This document shows, piece by piece, positions 51,605 through 61,617 of a stretch of DNA of 64,000 bases. This stretch comes from Candidatus Rokuibacteriota bacterium (GTDB lineage: Bacteria > Methylomirabilota > Methylomirabilia > Rokubacteriales > CSP1-6). The position numbers were made by a program, and so were the translations under genes. A model generated the notes under the pieces. It was not told the origin of the DNA. It saw only the letters and a list, made by a program, of their open reading frames with translations, and ran no database searches. The stretch spans positions 9,969 to 73,968 of the forward strand of contig JBIOXS010000097.1 in the NCBI GenBank assembly GCA_044869815.1, read 5' to 3'. Within the stretch, counting starts at the first letter, position 1, and each line of letters begins with the position of its first letter.

Positions 51605-52795
51605 ATGCAGCGACGTACGCTCCTCGCCCTGTTGCTCGCGGCCGTGCTCGTCGCACCGCTCGCGGCCGACGCCCAGAAGCCGATCAAGGTCGGCATGCCG
51701 ATGCCGCTCTCGGGCCCGCCGGCGCTGTTCGGCGAGCCTGCCACCAAGGGCGCCCAGATGTTCGTCGACGAGATCAACGCCAAGGGCGGCGTGCTGGGCC
51801 GCAAGCTCGAGCTGCTCACGCGCGACTCGAAGGCGGACGCCAACGAGGCGGTGCGGCAGGCACGCGAGCTGATCCTGAAGGACAACGTGGACTTCCTCGT
51901 GGGCACGCTCACCTCCGCCGAGGGACCCGCGGTGTCCGTGGTCGCGAAGGAGAACAAGATCGTGTTCATCGCGCCCATCCCGAAGACCGACCAGCTGACG
52001 GCGGCCGACAAGCTCCACCCCTACGTCTTCCGCGTCGCGGCCAACACGACGATGGAAGGACGGAGCGCGGCCGAGATCGTGGCCAAGTGGCCGGTCACGA
52101 AGGTGGCCACCATGTCGTTCGACTACGCCTACGGCCAGGACGTGACGAAGGCGTTCGTCGAGCATCTGAAGAAGATCAAGCCGAGCGCGCAGATCGTCGA
52201 CCAGCAGTGGCCGAAGCTGGGCGAGCAGGACTACAACCCGTTCATCAACGCCCAGATGGCCAAGAAGCCGGAGGCGATCTTCTCCTCGATCTGGGGCGGC
52301 TTCTTCGTGACGTACTCCAAGCAAGGCAAGGCGCTCGGCATGTTCGACGCCATCAAGTACAACTTCATCGGCGTCGGCGAGGCCGGCTCGCCGGAGACGA
52401 CGAAGTCGATGGGCGTCGACTACCCGGTCGGGATCTGGGGCAACTCCTACGACGCCTTCTACTGGGGCGAGACGGCCGCGCACCGGGACTACACGGCGCG
52501 ACTCTCGAAGTACCTGAAGGACGAGTACCCGTCGTCGTGGGCCATCCAGGGCTACATCGGGATGCAGTTCCTGGCCGAGGCGATCAAGAAGGCGAACAGC
52601 ACCGACTCCGACAAGGTCTCCAAGGCGCTGCTCGGCCTCACCGTCGAGACGCCGATCGGTCCGCAGACGATCCGCGAGAAGGACCACCAGGCCAATCGCG
52701 GTCAGCTCTACGGCAAGACGGCCATGGACTCGAAGTATCCGTTCCCGATCATGAAGCCGGTCACGTACGTCGATCCGACGAAATTCATGGATTGA
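51605..52795 (+). CDS. Branched-chain amino acid-type ABC substrate-binding protein
   Basis: ORF 51605..52795. Signal peptide followed by IKVGMPMPLSGPPALFGEPATKGAQMFVDEINAKGGVLGRKLEL, typical of the LivK/Peripla_BP_6 family. Confidence 0.9.
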   Translation: MQRRTLLALLLAAVLVAPLAADAQKPIKVGMPMPLSGPPALFGEPATKGAQMFVDEINAKGGVLGRKLELLTRDSKADANEAVRQARELILKDNVDFLVGTLTSAEGPAVSVVAKENKIVFIAPIPKTDQLTAADKLHPYVFRVAANTTMEGRSAAEIVAKWPVTKVATMSFDYAYGQDVTKAFVEHLKKIKPSAQIVDQQWPKLGEQDYNPFINAQMAKKPEAIFSSIWGGFFVTYSKQGKALGMFDAIKYNFIGVGEAGSPETTKSMGVDYPVGIWGNSYDAFYWGETAAHRDYTARLSKYLKDEYPSSWAIQGYIGMQFLAEAIKKANSTDSDKVSKALLGLTVETPIGPQTIREKDHQANRGQLYGKTAMDSKYPFPIMKPVTYVDPTKFMD

Positions 52796-52800
52796 TTGAC

Positions 52801-52828
52801 AATGGGGGGGCTGGACGGCCCCCCCATT
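52801..52828 (+). terminator. Strong intra-operon hairpin after the binding-protein gene
   Basis: AATGGGGGGGC-TGGACG-GCCCCCCCATT. The 11-bp stem starts 6 nt after the stop. It probably acts as an attenuator or mRNA-stabilising hairpin that raises binding-protein expression relative to the permease genes. Confidence 0.5.
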
Positions 52829-52879
52829 TGCCCCCCGATTCGCGTGATGCCCGACCAACGGTCCGAATAGAGAACGCGC

Positions 52880-53764
52880 GTGCCCGACCCCTCGTTCGTC
52901 TTCGCACAGTCCGTCAGCGGCCTCACGGCCGCGATGTTCCTCTTTCTCATCGCCTCCGGGCTCTCGCTGATCTTCGGCGTGCTCCGCGTGCTGAACTTCG
53001 CGCACGGGACGTTCTACATGCTCGGCGCGTACTGCGCCTACCAGTTCATGGTCTGGCTCCGGCCCGGGCCGGGCAAGTTCTGGCTGGCCGCGATCGCGGC
53101 CGGGCTCGTCATCGCGGCGCTAGGCGGCCTCATCGAGCGCCTGCTCTTCCGGCACCTGTACGGCAAGGAAGAGCTTTATCAGCTCCTGTTCACCTACGCG
53201 CTGGTCCTCATCCTCAGCGACGCCGCCAAGATGATCTGGGGCACGCAGCAGAAGTCGGTGTCACGGCCGCCCGAGCTGAGGGGCGCCTTCACGGTCTTCG
53301 GCGCCACCATCCCCGATTACAACCTCCTCATCCTGCTGCTGGGGCCCGCCATCGCGCTGGCCGTCTGGTACGTCCTGCAGCGGACGCGCGTGGGGCGCTT
53401 CATCCGCGCCGCCGCCCTGGACCGCGAGACGCTCGGCGCGCTCGGCGTGAACGTCAACGCCCTTTACACGTGGGTGTTCGTGATGGCCTCCTTTCTCGGC
53501 GGCCTCGGCGGCGCGCTCATCAGCCCCATGCGGGCCACCGTGCCCGGCATGGACACCGAGGTCATCGTCGAGGCGTTCGTCGTCGTCGTGATCGGCGGGC
53601 TCGGCTCCTTCTGGGGCACGTTCCTCGGCGCGCTGATCTACGGCCAGGTGCTGTCCTTCGGCATCCTGTTCTTCCCGCGGTTCTCGATCTTCGCCGTCTT
53701 CGCCCTCATGGCCGCCGTCCTCATCGTGCGCCCCTGGGGCCTCCTCGGGCGCCCGCTCAAATAA
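52880..53764 (+). CDS. livH: Branched-chain amino acid ABC permease
   Basis: ORF 52880..53764. Polytopic. Motifs: LSLIFGVLRVLNFAHG and the AAALDRE region. Confidence 0.9.
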   Translation: MPDPSFVFAQSVSGLTAAMFLFLIASGLSLIFGVLRVLNFAHGTFYMLGAYCAYQFMVWLRPGPGKFWLAAIAAGLVIAALGGLIERLLFRHLYGKEELYQLLFTYALVLILSDAAKMIWGTQQKSVSRPPELRGAFTVFGATIPDYNLLILLLGPAIALAVWYVLQRTRVGRFIRAAALDRETLGALGVNVNALYTWVFVMASFLGGLGGALISPMRATVPGMDTEVIVEAFVVVVIGGLGSFWGTFLGALIYGQVLSFGILFFPRFSIFAVFALMAAVLIVRPWGLLGRPLK

Positions 53765-53766
53765 TC

Positions 53767-54750
53767 ATGACCGCCCGGCGCACGCGGCTACCGTGGGGCC
53801 TCGTCGTGCTCGTCGTCGCCTTCCTCGTGCCGGCCGCCGGCTCGCGCTTCTACACGTTCCTGGCCAACGACGTGGTGATCTGGGCGCTGTTCGCGACGAG
53901 CCTGAACCTGCTCGTCGGCTATACCGGGCTCGTGTCGTTCGGCCACGCGGCCTACTTCGGCATCGGCGCCTACACGACGGGCTTGCTGATGAAGAAGCTC
54001 GCCCTTCCCTTCGTGCTCGCCTTTCCGGCGGCCGGCGTCCTGGCCGGCGCCTTCGCGCTGGTGTTCGGATTCTTCTGCGTGCGGCTGACGCGCATCTACT
54101 TCGCGATGCTGACGCTCGCCTTCGCCCAGATCGTCTGGGCCATCTGCTTCAAGTGGAACGAGGTCACCGGCGGCGAGCAGGGCATGCCCGAGATCCCCTA
54201 TCCCGATTTCGGCTGGCTCGACCGCCTCGCCTCCGTCCCTCTCGTCGGCGGCTGGCGCACGGCCGAGTACTTCTACTTCCTCACGCTGATCCTGGTCGCG
54301 CTGTGCCTGTGGGTGCTGCGCCGGATCGCCGGCTCGCCGTTCGGCCGCATGCTGACGACGATCCGTGAAAACGCGGAGCGCGCCGAGTTCATCGGCGTGA
54401 ACGTGCGGCGCTACGAGCTGGCGGCCTTCGTGCTGGCCGGCGCCTTCGCCGGCCTGGCCGGCGGACTGTTCGGCATCTTCAACCGCGGCGTCTTCCCGGA
54501 CTTCGCGTACTGGACGAAGTCGTCCGAGGTGCTGATCATGACCCTGCTCGGCGGCATGGGCACGTTCTACGGGCCCGCAGTGGGGGCGCTGGTGCTGATC
54601 CTGCTCAATCAGCAGATCACCTCGTACACCGAGTACTGGCCGTTCGTCCTCGGCACCATCCTCGTCATCCTGCTCTTCGTCTTCCCGGGCGGCCTGGCCG
54701 GGGCCGTGGAGGTCATCGGGCGTCGGTTCGGGAGCGCCCGCCGTGCTTGA
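53767..54750 (+). CDS. livM: Branched-chain amino acid ABC permease
   Basis: In-frame C-terminal 327 aa of ORF 52087..54750, from ATG 53767. Motifs: NLLVGYTGLVSFGHAAYFGIGAY, IRENAERAEFIGV. Confidence 0.9.
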   Translation: MTARRTRLPWGLVVLVVAFLVPAAGSRFYTFLANDVVIWALFATSLNLLVGYTGLVSFGHAAYFGIGAYTTGLLMKKLALPFVLAFPAAGVLAGAFALVFGFFCVRLTRIYFAMLTLAFAQIVWAICFKWNEVTGGEQGMPEIPYPDFGWLDRLASVPLVGGWRTAEYFYFLTLILVALCLWVLRRIAGSPFGRMLTTIRENAERAEFIGVNVRRYELAAFVLAGAFAGLAGGLFGIFNRGVFPDFAYWTKSSEVLIMTLLGGMGTFYGPAVGALVLILLNQQITSYTEYWPFVLGTILVILLFVFPGGLAGAVEVIGRRFGSARRA

Positions 54751-55480
54751 GGTGCGCGACATCCGGAAGGCGTTCGACGGCTTCCTCGCCGTCGGTGGCG
54801 TGAGCCTCACGGTGGCGCCCGGCCAGATCGCGGCCATCATCGGCCCCAACGGCGCGGGCAAGACGACCTTCTTCAACCTGATCACCGGACACCTGCGGCC
54901 CGACGCCGGCTCCGTGCTCCTCGAGGGCCGCGACATCACGGGCGTGGCGCCGCACGACGTCTGCCGCCTCGGCATGGGCCGCTCGTTCCAGCGGACGAAC
55001 ATCTTTCCGCGGCTGACCGTCTTCCAGAACGTGCAGGCCGCCTACATCTCCCACCGCGGGCGCGGCCGCGACCTCTTCCGCCGCGTGGACCGGCTGTACG
55101 CCGAGGAGACGGAGGCCGTGCTCGCGTCGCTCGGCCTGCTCGAGCGCCGCGGCGAGGTCAGCGGCTTCCTGTCGCACGGGGCGCAGAAGCAGCTCGAGCT
55201 CGGCATCGCGCTCGCCAGCGAGCCGCGCCTGCTGCTGCTCGACGAGCCGACGGCCGGCATGTCGGCCGGGGAGACGCGGGAGACGATCCATCTGATCGAC
55301 CGCCTCGCGCGCGAGCGCGGCCTCACGCTGCTCTTCACCGAGCACGACATGGAGGTGGTCTTCTCGATCGCGCAGAAGATCACCGTGCTGCACCAGGGCC
55401 GCGTGATCGCCGACGGCGCGCCGGCCGCGGTGCGGGCCGACGCGGAAGTGCGCCGCGTCTATCTCGGCGAGCGCCGGTGA
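54743..55480 (+). CDS. livG: Branched-chain amino acid ABC ATPase
   Basis: ORF 54743..55480. Walker A GPNGAGKTT, signature LSHGAQKQLEL, Walker B LLLLDEP. Confidence 0.92.
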   Translation: MLEVRDIRKAFDGFLAVGGVSLTVAPGQIAAIIGPNGAGKTTFFNLITGHLRPDAGSVLLEGRDITGVAPHDVCRLGMGRSFQRTNIFPRLTVFQNVQAAYISHRGRGRDLFRRVDRLYAEETEAVLASLGLLERRGEVSGFLSHGAQKQLELGIALASEPRLLLLDEPTAGMSAGETRETIHLIDRLARERGLTLLFTEHDMEVVFSIAQKITVLHQGRVIADGAPAAVRADAEVRRVYLGERR

Positions 55481-56181
55481 GCGCCCTTCTGGAGACGCAC
55501 GATCTCCACACCGCCTACGGGCTGTCGCGCGTGCTGTTCGGCGTGTCGATCGAGGTCGGCGACGGCGAGTGCGTCTGCCTGCTCGGGCGCAACGGCGTCG
55601 GCAAGTCGACGACCATGCGCTCCATCATGGGGCTCACGCCGCCTCAGTCCGGACGCGTGCGCTTTCGCGGCACGGACATCACCGGCTGGGCGCCCTACCG
55701 CGTGGCGCGGGCGGGGCTGGGATTCGTGCCCGAGGATCGCCGGATCTTCGCCGACCTGACCGTCTGGGAGAACCTCGATGTCGCCCGGCGCGCCGCCGGC
55801 GGCGCCGGATTCACGCTCGAGCGGGTCTTCGATCTCTTCCCGAAGCTGCGCGAGCTCACCGCCCGCCAGGGCGGCCACCTGTCGGGCGGCGAGCAGCAGA
55901 TGCTCACCATCGCGCGCACGCTCATGGGCAATCCGCGGCTCTTGCTCCTCGACGAGCCGTCCGAGGGGCTGGCGCCCATCGTCGTGGATCACCTTCGCGA
56001 GCAGATCGCGCGTTTGAAGCGGGAGGGCCTGACGATCCTGCTCGCCGAGCAGAACACGGAGTTCTCGCTCTCGCTGGCCGACCGCGTCTACGTGCTCGAG
56101 AAGGGCTCCATCAAGTTCAGCGGGCCGGCCGCGCGTTTGCGAGATGACGCCTCGCTCCGCCAAGAGCTCCTCGCGCTCTAG
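55477..56181 (+). CDS. livF: Branched-chain amino acid ABC ATPase
   Basis: ORF 55477..56181. Walker A GRNGVGKST, signature LSGGEQQML, Walker B LLLLDEP. Confidence 0.92.
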   Translation: MSALLETHDLHTAYGLSRVLFGVSIEVGDGECVCLLGRNGVGKSTTMRSIMGLTPPQSGRVRFRGTDITGWAPYRVARAGLGFVPEDRRIFADLTVWENLDVARRAAGGAGFTLERVFDLFPKLRELTARQGGHLSGGEQQMLTIARTLMGNPRLLLLDEPSEGLAPIVVDHLREQIARLKREGLTILLAEQNTEFSLSLADRVYVLEKGSIKFSGPAARLRDDASLRQELLAL

Positions 56182-56884
56182 GCTCTGGCCGCCGCTGGTC
56201 GCCGTCGGGATGGTGACGGCGCTGGCATTCATGGCGTGGGAGGCGATCAGCTGGCCGAACGTGTCGGCGCTCGCCACGCGGCCGCCCGCGAGCACCGCCT
56301 TCATGGACCGGTATCGCGCCCTCGAGCGAGAGGCCGGGCGTCCCGCCCGCGTGCAGTGGACGTGGGTGCCGTACGCTGGCATCGCGGCCTCGCTGAAGCG
56401 CGCCGTGGTCGTGGCCGAGGACGCGAGCTTCTTCGCGCACCGGGGCTTCGCCACCGCCGAGATCCGCGAGGCGATCGACAAGGCCGTCAAGGAGTTCGGG
56501 CTGCCGCGCGGCGCCTCGACGATCACCCAGCAGCTCGCCAAGAACCTCTGGCTCTCGCCCTCCCGCAACCCCGTCCGGAAGGCCAAGGAGGCGGTACTCA
56601 CCTGGCAGCTGGAAAAGGCGCTGAGCAAGCGCCGCATCCTCGAGCTCTACCTGAACGTCGTCGAGTTCGGCCCGGGCGTGTACGGCGCGGAGGCGGCCAG
56701 CCGGCGCTACTTCGGCAAGTCCGCCGCCGAGCTCAGCGACGAGGAGGCGTCGGAGCTGGCCGCCGGCCTGCCGCGTCCCGCCATCTGGCACCCCGGCGTC
56801 CGCGCGAGCCCGTACCGACGCTACGTCGACGACATCCGGCGCCGCATGGAGCGCATCGCCCTGCCGGCAAAGGAGCTGCAGTAA
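56144..56884 (+). CDS. mtgA: Monofunctional peptidoglycan glycosyltransferase
   Basis: ORF 56144..56884. N-terminal TM anchor. GT51 motifs: EDASFFAHRGF, GASTITQQLAKNL, RILELYLNVVEFG. Confidence 0.9.
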   Translation: MTPRSAKSSSRSRLWPPLVAVGMVTALAFMAWEAISWPNVSALATRPPASTAFMDRYRALEREAGRPARVQWTWVPYAGIAASLKRAVVVAEDASFFAHRGFATAEIREAIDKAVKEFGLPRGASTITQQLAKNLWLSPSRNPVRKAKEAVLTWQLEKALSKRRILELYLNVVEFGPGVYGAEAASRRYFGKSAAELSDEEASELAAGLPRPAIWHPGVRASPYRRYVDDIRRRMERIALPAKELQ

Positions 56885-56887
56885 GCG

Positions 56888-57328
56888 TCAAGCGGCGGGA
56901 TCGATCAGCGCCAGACCGCTGTCGGGGTCGTCGCGCTTGCGCAGGAACGCGGGCGACTCCACCAGGATGACCTCGAGCGTCGGCCAGACGCGAGCGGCGA
57001 GGAGATGGCCGCCGCGGGTGTGGCCGTCGGAAAGCCCGACCACCGCGTGCGCGTGCACCTTCGGAGCATTCGCGCGGTCGAGGGCGATGTCGCCGATGAG
57101 CGAGAGCACCTCCACCTGCTCGGCCACGACCATCCGCTTGTAGTCTTTCCGGTCGCGCTCGAAATAGCCGAGGGTTACCTCGCTGAAGGCGCCGATGGCC
57201 GTGAAGTGCGCGGCGCCGACGCGCTGGGCCTTTGCGAACGCGGTGAGCCCCGCCACCGCGTCCTCGTCCTTGTCGAACACGAGCGCGAACGTCTTCTGCC
57301 CCGTGGCGTCGAGCAGCTTCGACTTCAT
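56888..57328 (-). CDS. PPC/DUF296-domain protein
   Basis: C-terminal 146 aa of ORF 56888..58906, from ATG 57328. ...FTAIGAFSEVTLGYF...VLSLIGDIA...HAHAVVGLSDGHTRGGHLL fits the PPC (DUF296) fold. Confidence 0.7.
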   Translation of the reverse strand: MKSKLLDATGQKTFALVFDKDEDAVAGLTAFAKAQRVGAAHFTAIGAFSEVTLGYFERDRKDYKRMVVAEQVEVLSLIGDIALDRANAPKVHAHAVVGLSDGHTRGGHLLAARVWPTLEVILVESPAFLRKRDDPDSGLALIDPAA

Positions 57329-59118
57329 CACACCAGCTCCCGCACGCGGTCGCCCAGCACGGTCAGCGCGATCTTCTCCCGGTTGGGCTCGCCGCGGACC
57401 AGTGACCGCGCGAACTTGGTCGCCTGCTCGAGCGTGATCTTCGCGGGCAGCGGCGGCTCGTGCGGATCGACATGGGCCTGCACGACCACCGGACCCGGCG
57501 TCGCGAGCGCGCGGTCGAGCACGGGTCCGCACTCGTCCGGCCGCTCGATCGAGAATCCGCTCGCACCGCACGCCTCGGCGACGCGCGCGAAGTCGATCGG
57601 CTGCAGCTCCACGCCATACTCGGGGTTGCCCAGGAACACCATCTGCTCCCACTTGATCTGGCCGAGCACGTTGTTCCGCACCACCACGACCTTCACCGGC
57701 AGCTCGTACTTCACGCAGGTCGCCATCTCGGCCATCAGCATCGAGAAGCCGCCGTCGCCCACGAAGGCCACGACCTGCCGGTTCGGATACGCGAGCTGGG
57801 CGGCCATCGCATAGGGAACCGCGCAGGCCATGGTGGCGAGGTTGCCGGACACGGAGTGCATCTGGCCGCGGCGGGCCGGGATGTGGCGGGCCCACAACGC
57901 CGTGATGGTGCCGCTGTCGCAGGCCACGATGGCGTCGTCGCGCAGCCGCCGTCCGAGCTCGGCCGCGACCACCTGCGGCTTCATCGGCGTGTCGCGGCGC
58001 GAGGCGCGCTCCTGCATCAAGGCGTTCCACTCCTTCATCCCCGTCTGCGCCGTCTCGAGGAACGACCGGTCCGAGCGCCGCTTCAGATGAGGCAGCAGGG
58101 CCCTCAGCGTGCGGCGACTGTCGCCGACGAGGCCGACCTCGACCGGATAGCGGAGGCCGATGCGCATCGGATCGAGCTCGATCTGGACGCCGCGCGCCTG
58201 ACCGGGCCTCGGGTAGTACTCGATGTACGGGAAGGACGTGCCGACCATCAACAGCGTGTCGCACGCTTCGAGGGCCTCCTGGGACGGACGCGTGCCGAGC
58301 AACCCGATTGCGCCCGTCGTGTACGGACTGTCGTCCGGCACGGCCGCCTTGCCGAGCAGGGCCTTGACGATTGGCGCGCCGAGGGTCTCCGCCGCGCGCT
58401 CGAGCTCGTCCGTGGCGCCGAGGGCGCCGCGGCCGGCGAGAATGACGGTCTTGCGACCCGCGTTCAGCACCTCGGCCGCGTCGCGGAGATCCGCCTCCGC
58501 CGGCAGGCCGGCGCCGCCGGCGTGGACGTCGGACGTGTGATGCGGCACGTTGCGCTTCGAGCGCTCGCGGCCGGCGGCCTTCTCCTGCACGTCGACCGGG
58601 ATGGCAACGTGCGCGACGCCCCGATAGGCGAGCGCGCTGCGGCAGGCGAGATCCACCACGCCCTCCATGTGATCCGGTCCCATCACGCGCTCGTTGTACT
58701 TCGCGACGTCCATGAACACGCGATCGAGCGCCACGTCCTGCTGGGTGGCGGTGCCGATGAGGTCGTGATACGGAAGCCCGGTGATGGCGAGCACGGGCTG
58801 GCCATCGAGCTTGGCGTCGTAGAGACCGTTCAGCAGATGGATGCCGCCGGGGCCGGAGGTGGCCAGGCACACGCCGAGCCGACCGGTGAACTTCGCATAG
58901 CCGCACGCCATGAACGCGGCCGTCTCCTCGTGACGGACCTGCACGAAGCGGATGCGGTCGCGCCGCGTGCGCAGCGCCTCCATGATGCCGTTGATGCCGT
59001 CGCCCGGCAGACCGAAGACGATGTCGACGCCCCAGTCCATGAGCGCTTCCACCAGCACGTCCGACGCTGTCTGTCCCATGAGAGCCTCCGGCTCTCCGGG
59101 CTGCATCGGCAATGCCAC
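57328..59118 (-). CDS. Thiamine-pyrophosphate enzyme, pyruvate oxidase/PoxB-like
   Basis: ORF 57328..59118 (start possibly ATG 59079). Motifs: GLPGDGING, ATSGPGGIHLLNGLYDA, and the TPP-binding motif FVGDGGFSMLMAE. Confidence 0.85.
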   Translation of the reverse strand: MALPMQPGEPEALMGQTASDVLVEALMDWGVDIVFGLPGDGINGIMEALRTRRDRIRFVQVRHEETAAFMACGYAKFTGRLGVCLATSGPGGIHLLNGLYDAKLDGQPVLAITGLPYHDLIGTATQQDVALDRVFMDVAKYNERVMGPDHMEGVVDLACRSALAYRGVAHVAIPVDVQEKAAGRERSKRNVPHHTSDVHAGGAGLPAEADLRDAAEVLNAGRKTVILAGRGALGATDELERAAETLGAPIVKALLGKAAVPDDSPYTTGAIGLLGTRPSQEALEACDTLLMVGTSFPYIEYYPRPGQARGVQIELDPMRIGLRYPVEVGLVGDSRRTLRALLPHLKRRSDRSFLETAQTGMKEWNALMQERASRRDTPMKPQVVAAELGRRLRDDAIVACDSGTITALWARHIPARRGQMHSVSGNLATMACAVPYAMAAQLAYPNRQVVAFVGDGGFSMLMAEMATCVKYELPVKVVVVRNNVLGQIKWEQMVFLGNPEYGVELQPIDFARVAEACGASGFSIERPDECGPVLDRALATPGPVVVQAHVDPHEPPLPAKITLEQATKFARSLVRGEPNREKIALTVLGDRVRELV

Positions 59119-61369
59119 TAGCCGCGCGGGGTGAAGTCCTTGACGGGCTCGTACGGAGGAGGCCAGGGCAGGTCGACGCCCTGCGCGCGGGCGGCGTGCC
59201 GCGTCCAGTACGGGTCGTAGAGGTGCGCGCGCGCGAGCACGCAGAGATCGGCCCGGCCGGCGGCGAGGATGGAGTTGACGTCGGCGTAGGAGGCGATGTT
59301 GCCGACGGTCATCGTCGGGATCGTCGCCTCGTGGCGAACGCGATCGCTGAATGGCGTCTGGAAGAGCCGGCCGCGCGCCGCCGGCGCGTTCGCGACCGCG
59401 TGACCGGCCGACACGTCGACGATGTCGCAGCCGTGCGCCTTCAGCGCCCGCGCGGTCTCCACGGCGTCCTCCGGCGTGGCGCCGCCCTCCATCCAGTCGG
59501 TGGCGGAGATGCGCACCGAGATCGGCTTGGCGGCGGGCCAGACCGCGCGCACGGCGTCGAAGACCTCCAGCGGAAATCGCAGGCGGCTCGCCAGCGCGCC
59601 GCCGTACTCGTCGCGCCGCCGGTTCGTCAGCGGCGACAGGAACGTCGCCAGCAGGTAGCCGTGAGCGAAGTGGAGCTCGATCAGGTCGAAGCCCGCCTCG
59701 TCGGCCATCCGCGCCGCGCGGGCGAAGTCCTCACGCACGGTGTCCATGTCGGCGCGCGTCATCTCTTTCGGGACCTGACTGTGCGGGAGGTACGGGATCG
59801 GGGAGGCCGCGATGAGCGGCCAGTTGCCATCGTCGAGCGGCTCGTCCATCCCCTGCCACATCAGCCGCGTCGAGCCCTTGCGGCCGGCGTGGGCGATCTG
59901 GATCCCGAGCTTCGCGCGACTCGCCCGGTGCACGAAGTCGACGATCCGCTTCCAGGCCCCGACGTGCTCCGGCTTGTAGAGGCCGGTGCAGCCCGGCGAG
60001 ATCCGGCCGTCGCGGCTCACGTCGGTCATCTCGGCGATGACGAGGCCGGCGCCGCCCACGGCGCGGCTGCCGAGATGACGAGGTGCCAGTCGTTGGGCGC
60101 ACCGTCCTCCGCCGAGTACTGGCACATCGGCGACACCACGACACGATTGTCGAGGACGAGCTCGCGCAGGCGAAACGGGGTGAACATCGGGGGCGGCGGC
60201 GGCGTGGCGGGCACCACGCGCCCGCTCTGCGCGGCCGCCTTCGCCGCGAACCAGCCGTCGACGGTGGCCACCAGCTTGGGGTCGCGCGCCTTGAGAGTGT
60301 CGTGGCTGACGCGGAGGCTGCGAGTCAGCAGGCTGAAGGCCATCTGCACGGGCTCGAGCCGGCCGTGGTACCGCTCCGCCTGCTCGAACCACTCGAGGCT
60401 CGTCTGCGCCGCCCGCTGGATGGCCTCCACCTGCGGCCGCCGCTCGGCCTCGTACGCGGCGAGCGCGGCGGGGACGTCGGACCCGGCGCGTAGCGCGCCG
60501 GCCAGAGCGATGGCATCCTCCATCGCCAGCTTGGTCCCGGACCCGATCGAGAAGTGCGCCGTGTGCGCCGCGTCACCGACGAGCACCACGCGGCCGTGAT
60601 GCCAGCGAGCGTTGCGGATGGTGGGGAAGGCGCGCCACAGCGAGCGATTCACGAGGATCGGATGCCCGTCGAGCTCGCGCGCGAACAGCCGCTCCGCGAA
60701 CGCCTTCGTCGTCGCCTCGTCGGCCCGATCCAGACCGGCCCGCCGCCAGACGGCCTCGGTCGTCTCGAGGATGAACGTCGAGTGCCGCCCGTCGTAGCGA
60801 TAGGCGTGCACGCGCCAGAGGCCGTGCTCGTCCTCCTTCAGCATGAAGGTGAAGGCACGGAACGGAAACGTCGTGCCGAGCCAGACGAACCGGTTCGGCC
60901 GCCAGTCGATCCGCGGACCGAACCACTCCGCGTGAGCGCCCCGCAGCCAGGAATTGGCGCCGTCGGCGCCGAGGATGAGATCGGCATCGGCGTACGCCGT
61001 GAGGTCGGCGACCTCCGTCTGATGGCACAGTGTCACGCCGAGGGCGCGGCAGCGCTCCTGCAGGATCGTCAGCAGCGCCTGACGGGACATGCCGGAAAAG
61101 CCGTGGCCGGTCGACGTCAACACCTGCCCGCCATAGTGGATGTCGATGTCGTCCCAGTGCGCAAAGGCGCCGATGATCGCGGCGTGCGTCTCGCGATCGG
61201 CCTCGCGGAAATTGTCGAGGGTGGCGTCCGAGAAGACGACGCCGAACCCGAAGGTGTCGTCCGGCCGGTTGCGCTCGAGCACGGCGATCTCGTGCGCGGG
61301 ATCGGCGTTCTTCATGAGGATCGCGAAGTACAGACCCGCGGGACCGCCGCCGACCGAGACGATCTTCAC
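59118..61369 (-). pseudogene. Fused FAD-monooxygenase / OYE-reductase gene (2-aminobenzoyl-CoA monooxygenase/reductase- or salicylyl-CoA hydroxylase-like) interrupted by a 1-nt frameshift
   Basis: ORF 60026..61369 encodes the FAD monooxygenase (MKIVSVGGGPAGLYF..., GDAAHTAHFSIGSGTKLAMEDA) and the first ~30 aa of an OYE domain (FRLRELVLDNRVVVSPMCQYSAEDGAPNDWHLV). The OYE domain then continues in another frame in ORF 59118..60392 (HLGSRAVGGAGLVIAEMTDVS...). The junction is at 60077/60078, where one base appears to be missing. Confidence 0.8.
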
Positions 61370-61440
61370 GCCGTCAATTGTAGTGCAGGTGACAGGCGTG
61401 CCTACAATCGTGGGACCGACCCTATCCCGAGGAGGCGCCG

Positions 61441-61617
61441 ATGAAACAGCTTCGATGCGGCGATCTGATGCCGGGCTGCAACGCGGTCATCGAGGGCAAG
61501 GACGAGGCCGAGGTGATGCAGAAAGGCGCCGAGCACGCCAAGCAGGCGCACGGGATGAATCCGATCCCACCCGACGTCGCGCAGAAGGTGCGCGGCGCCA
61601 TCCGCGACACGAAGTAA
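61441..61617 (+). CDS. DUF1059-family small metal-binding protein (58 aa)
   Basis: Below the ORF-track cut-off. GAGGAGG Shine-Dalgarno at 61429-61435. MKQLRCGDLMPGCNAVIEGKDEAEVMQKGAEHAKQAHGM... matches the DUF1059 pattern (C..D....C....G.....V......H....HG). Confidence 0.7.
   Translation: MKQLRCGDLMPGCNAVIEGKDEAEVMQKGAEHAKQAHGMNPIPPDVAQKVRGAIRDTK

Noticed and set aside
56888-58906. 672-aa minus-strand ORF
   Set aside because: It is a composite. Only the last 146 aa (the DUF296/PPC protein from ATG 57328) look real. The remainder is an alternative frame of the TPP-enzyme gene (57328..59118).
60070-60085. Programmed ribosomal frameshift in the monooxygenase/OYE fusion
   Set aside because: The junction (CAC CTC GTC ATC TCG) has no slippery X XXY YYZ heptamer, no homopolymer and no obvious downstream stimulatory structure. 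A mutation or consensus error is the simpler explanation.
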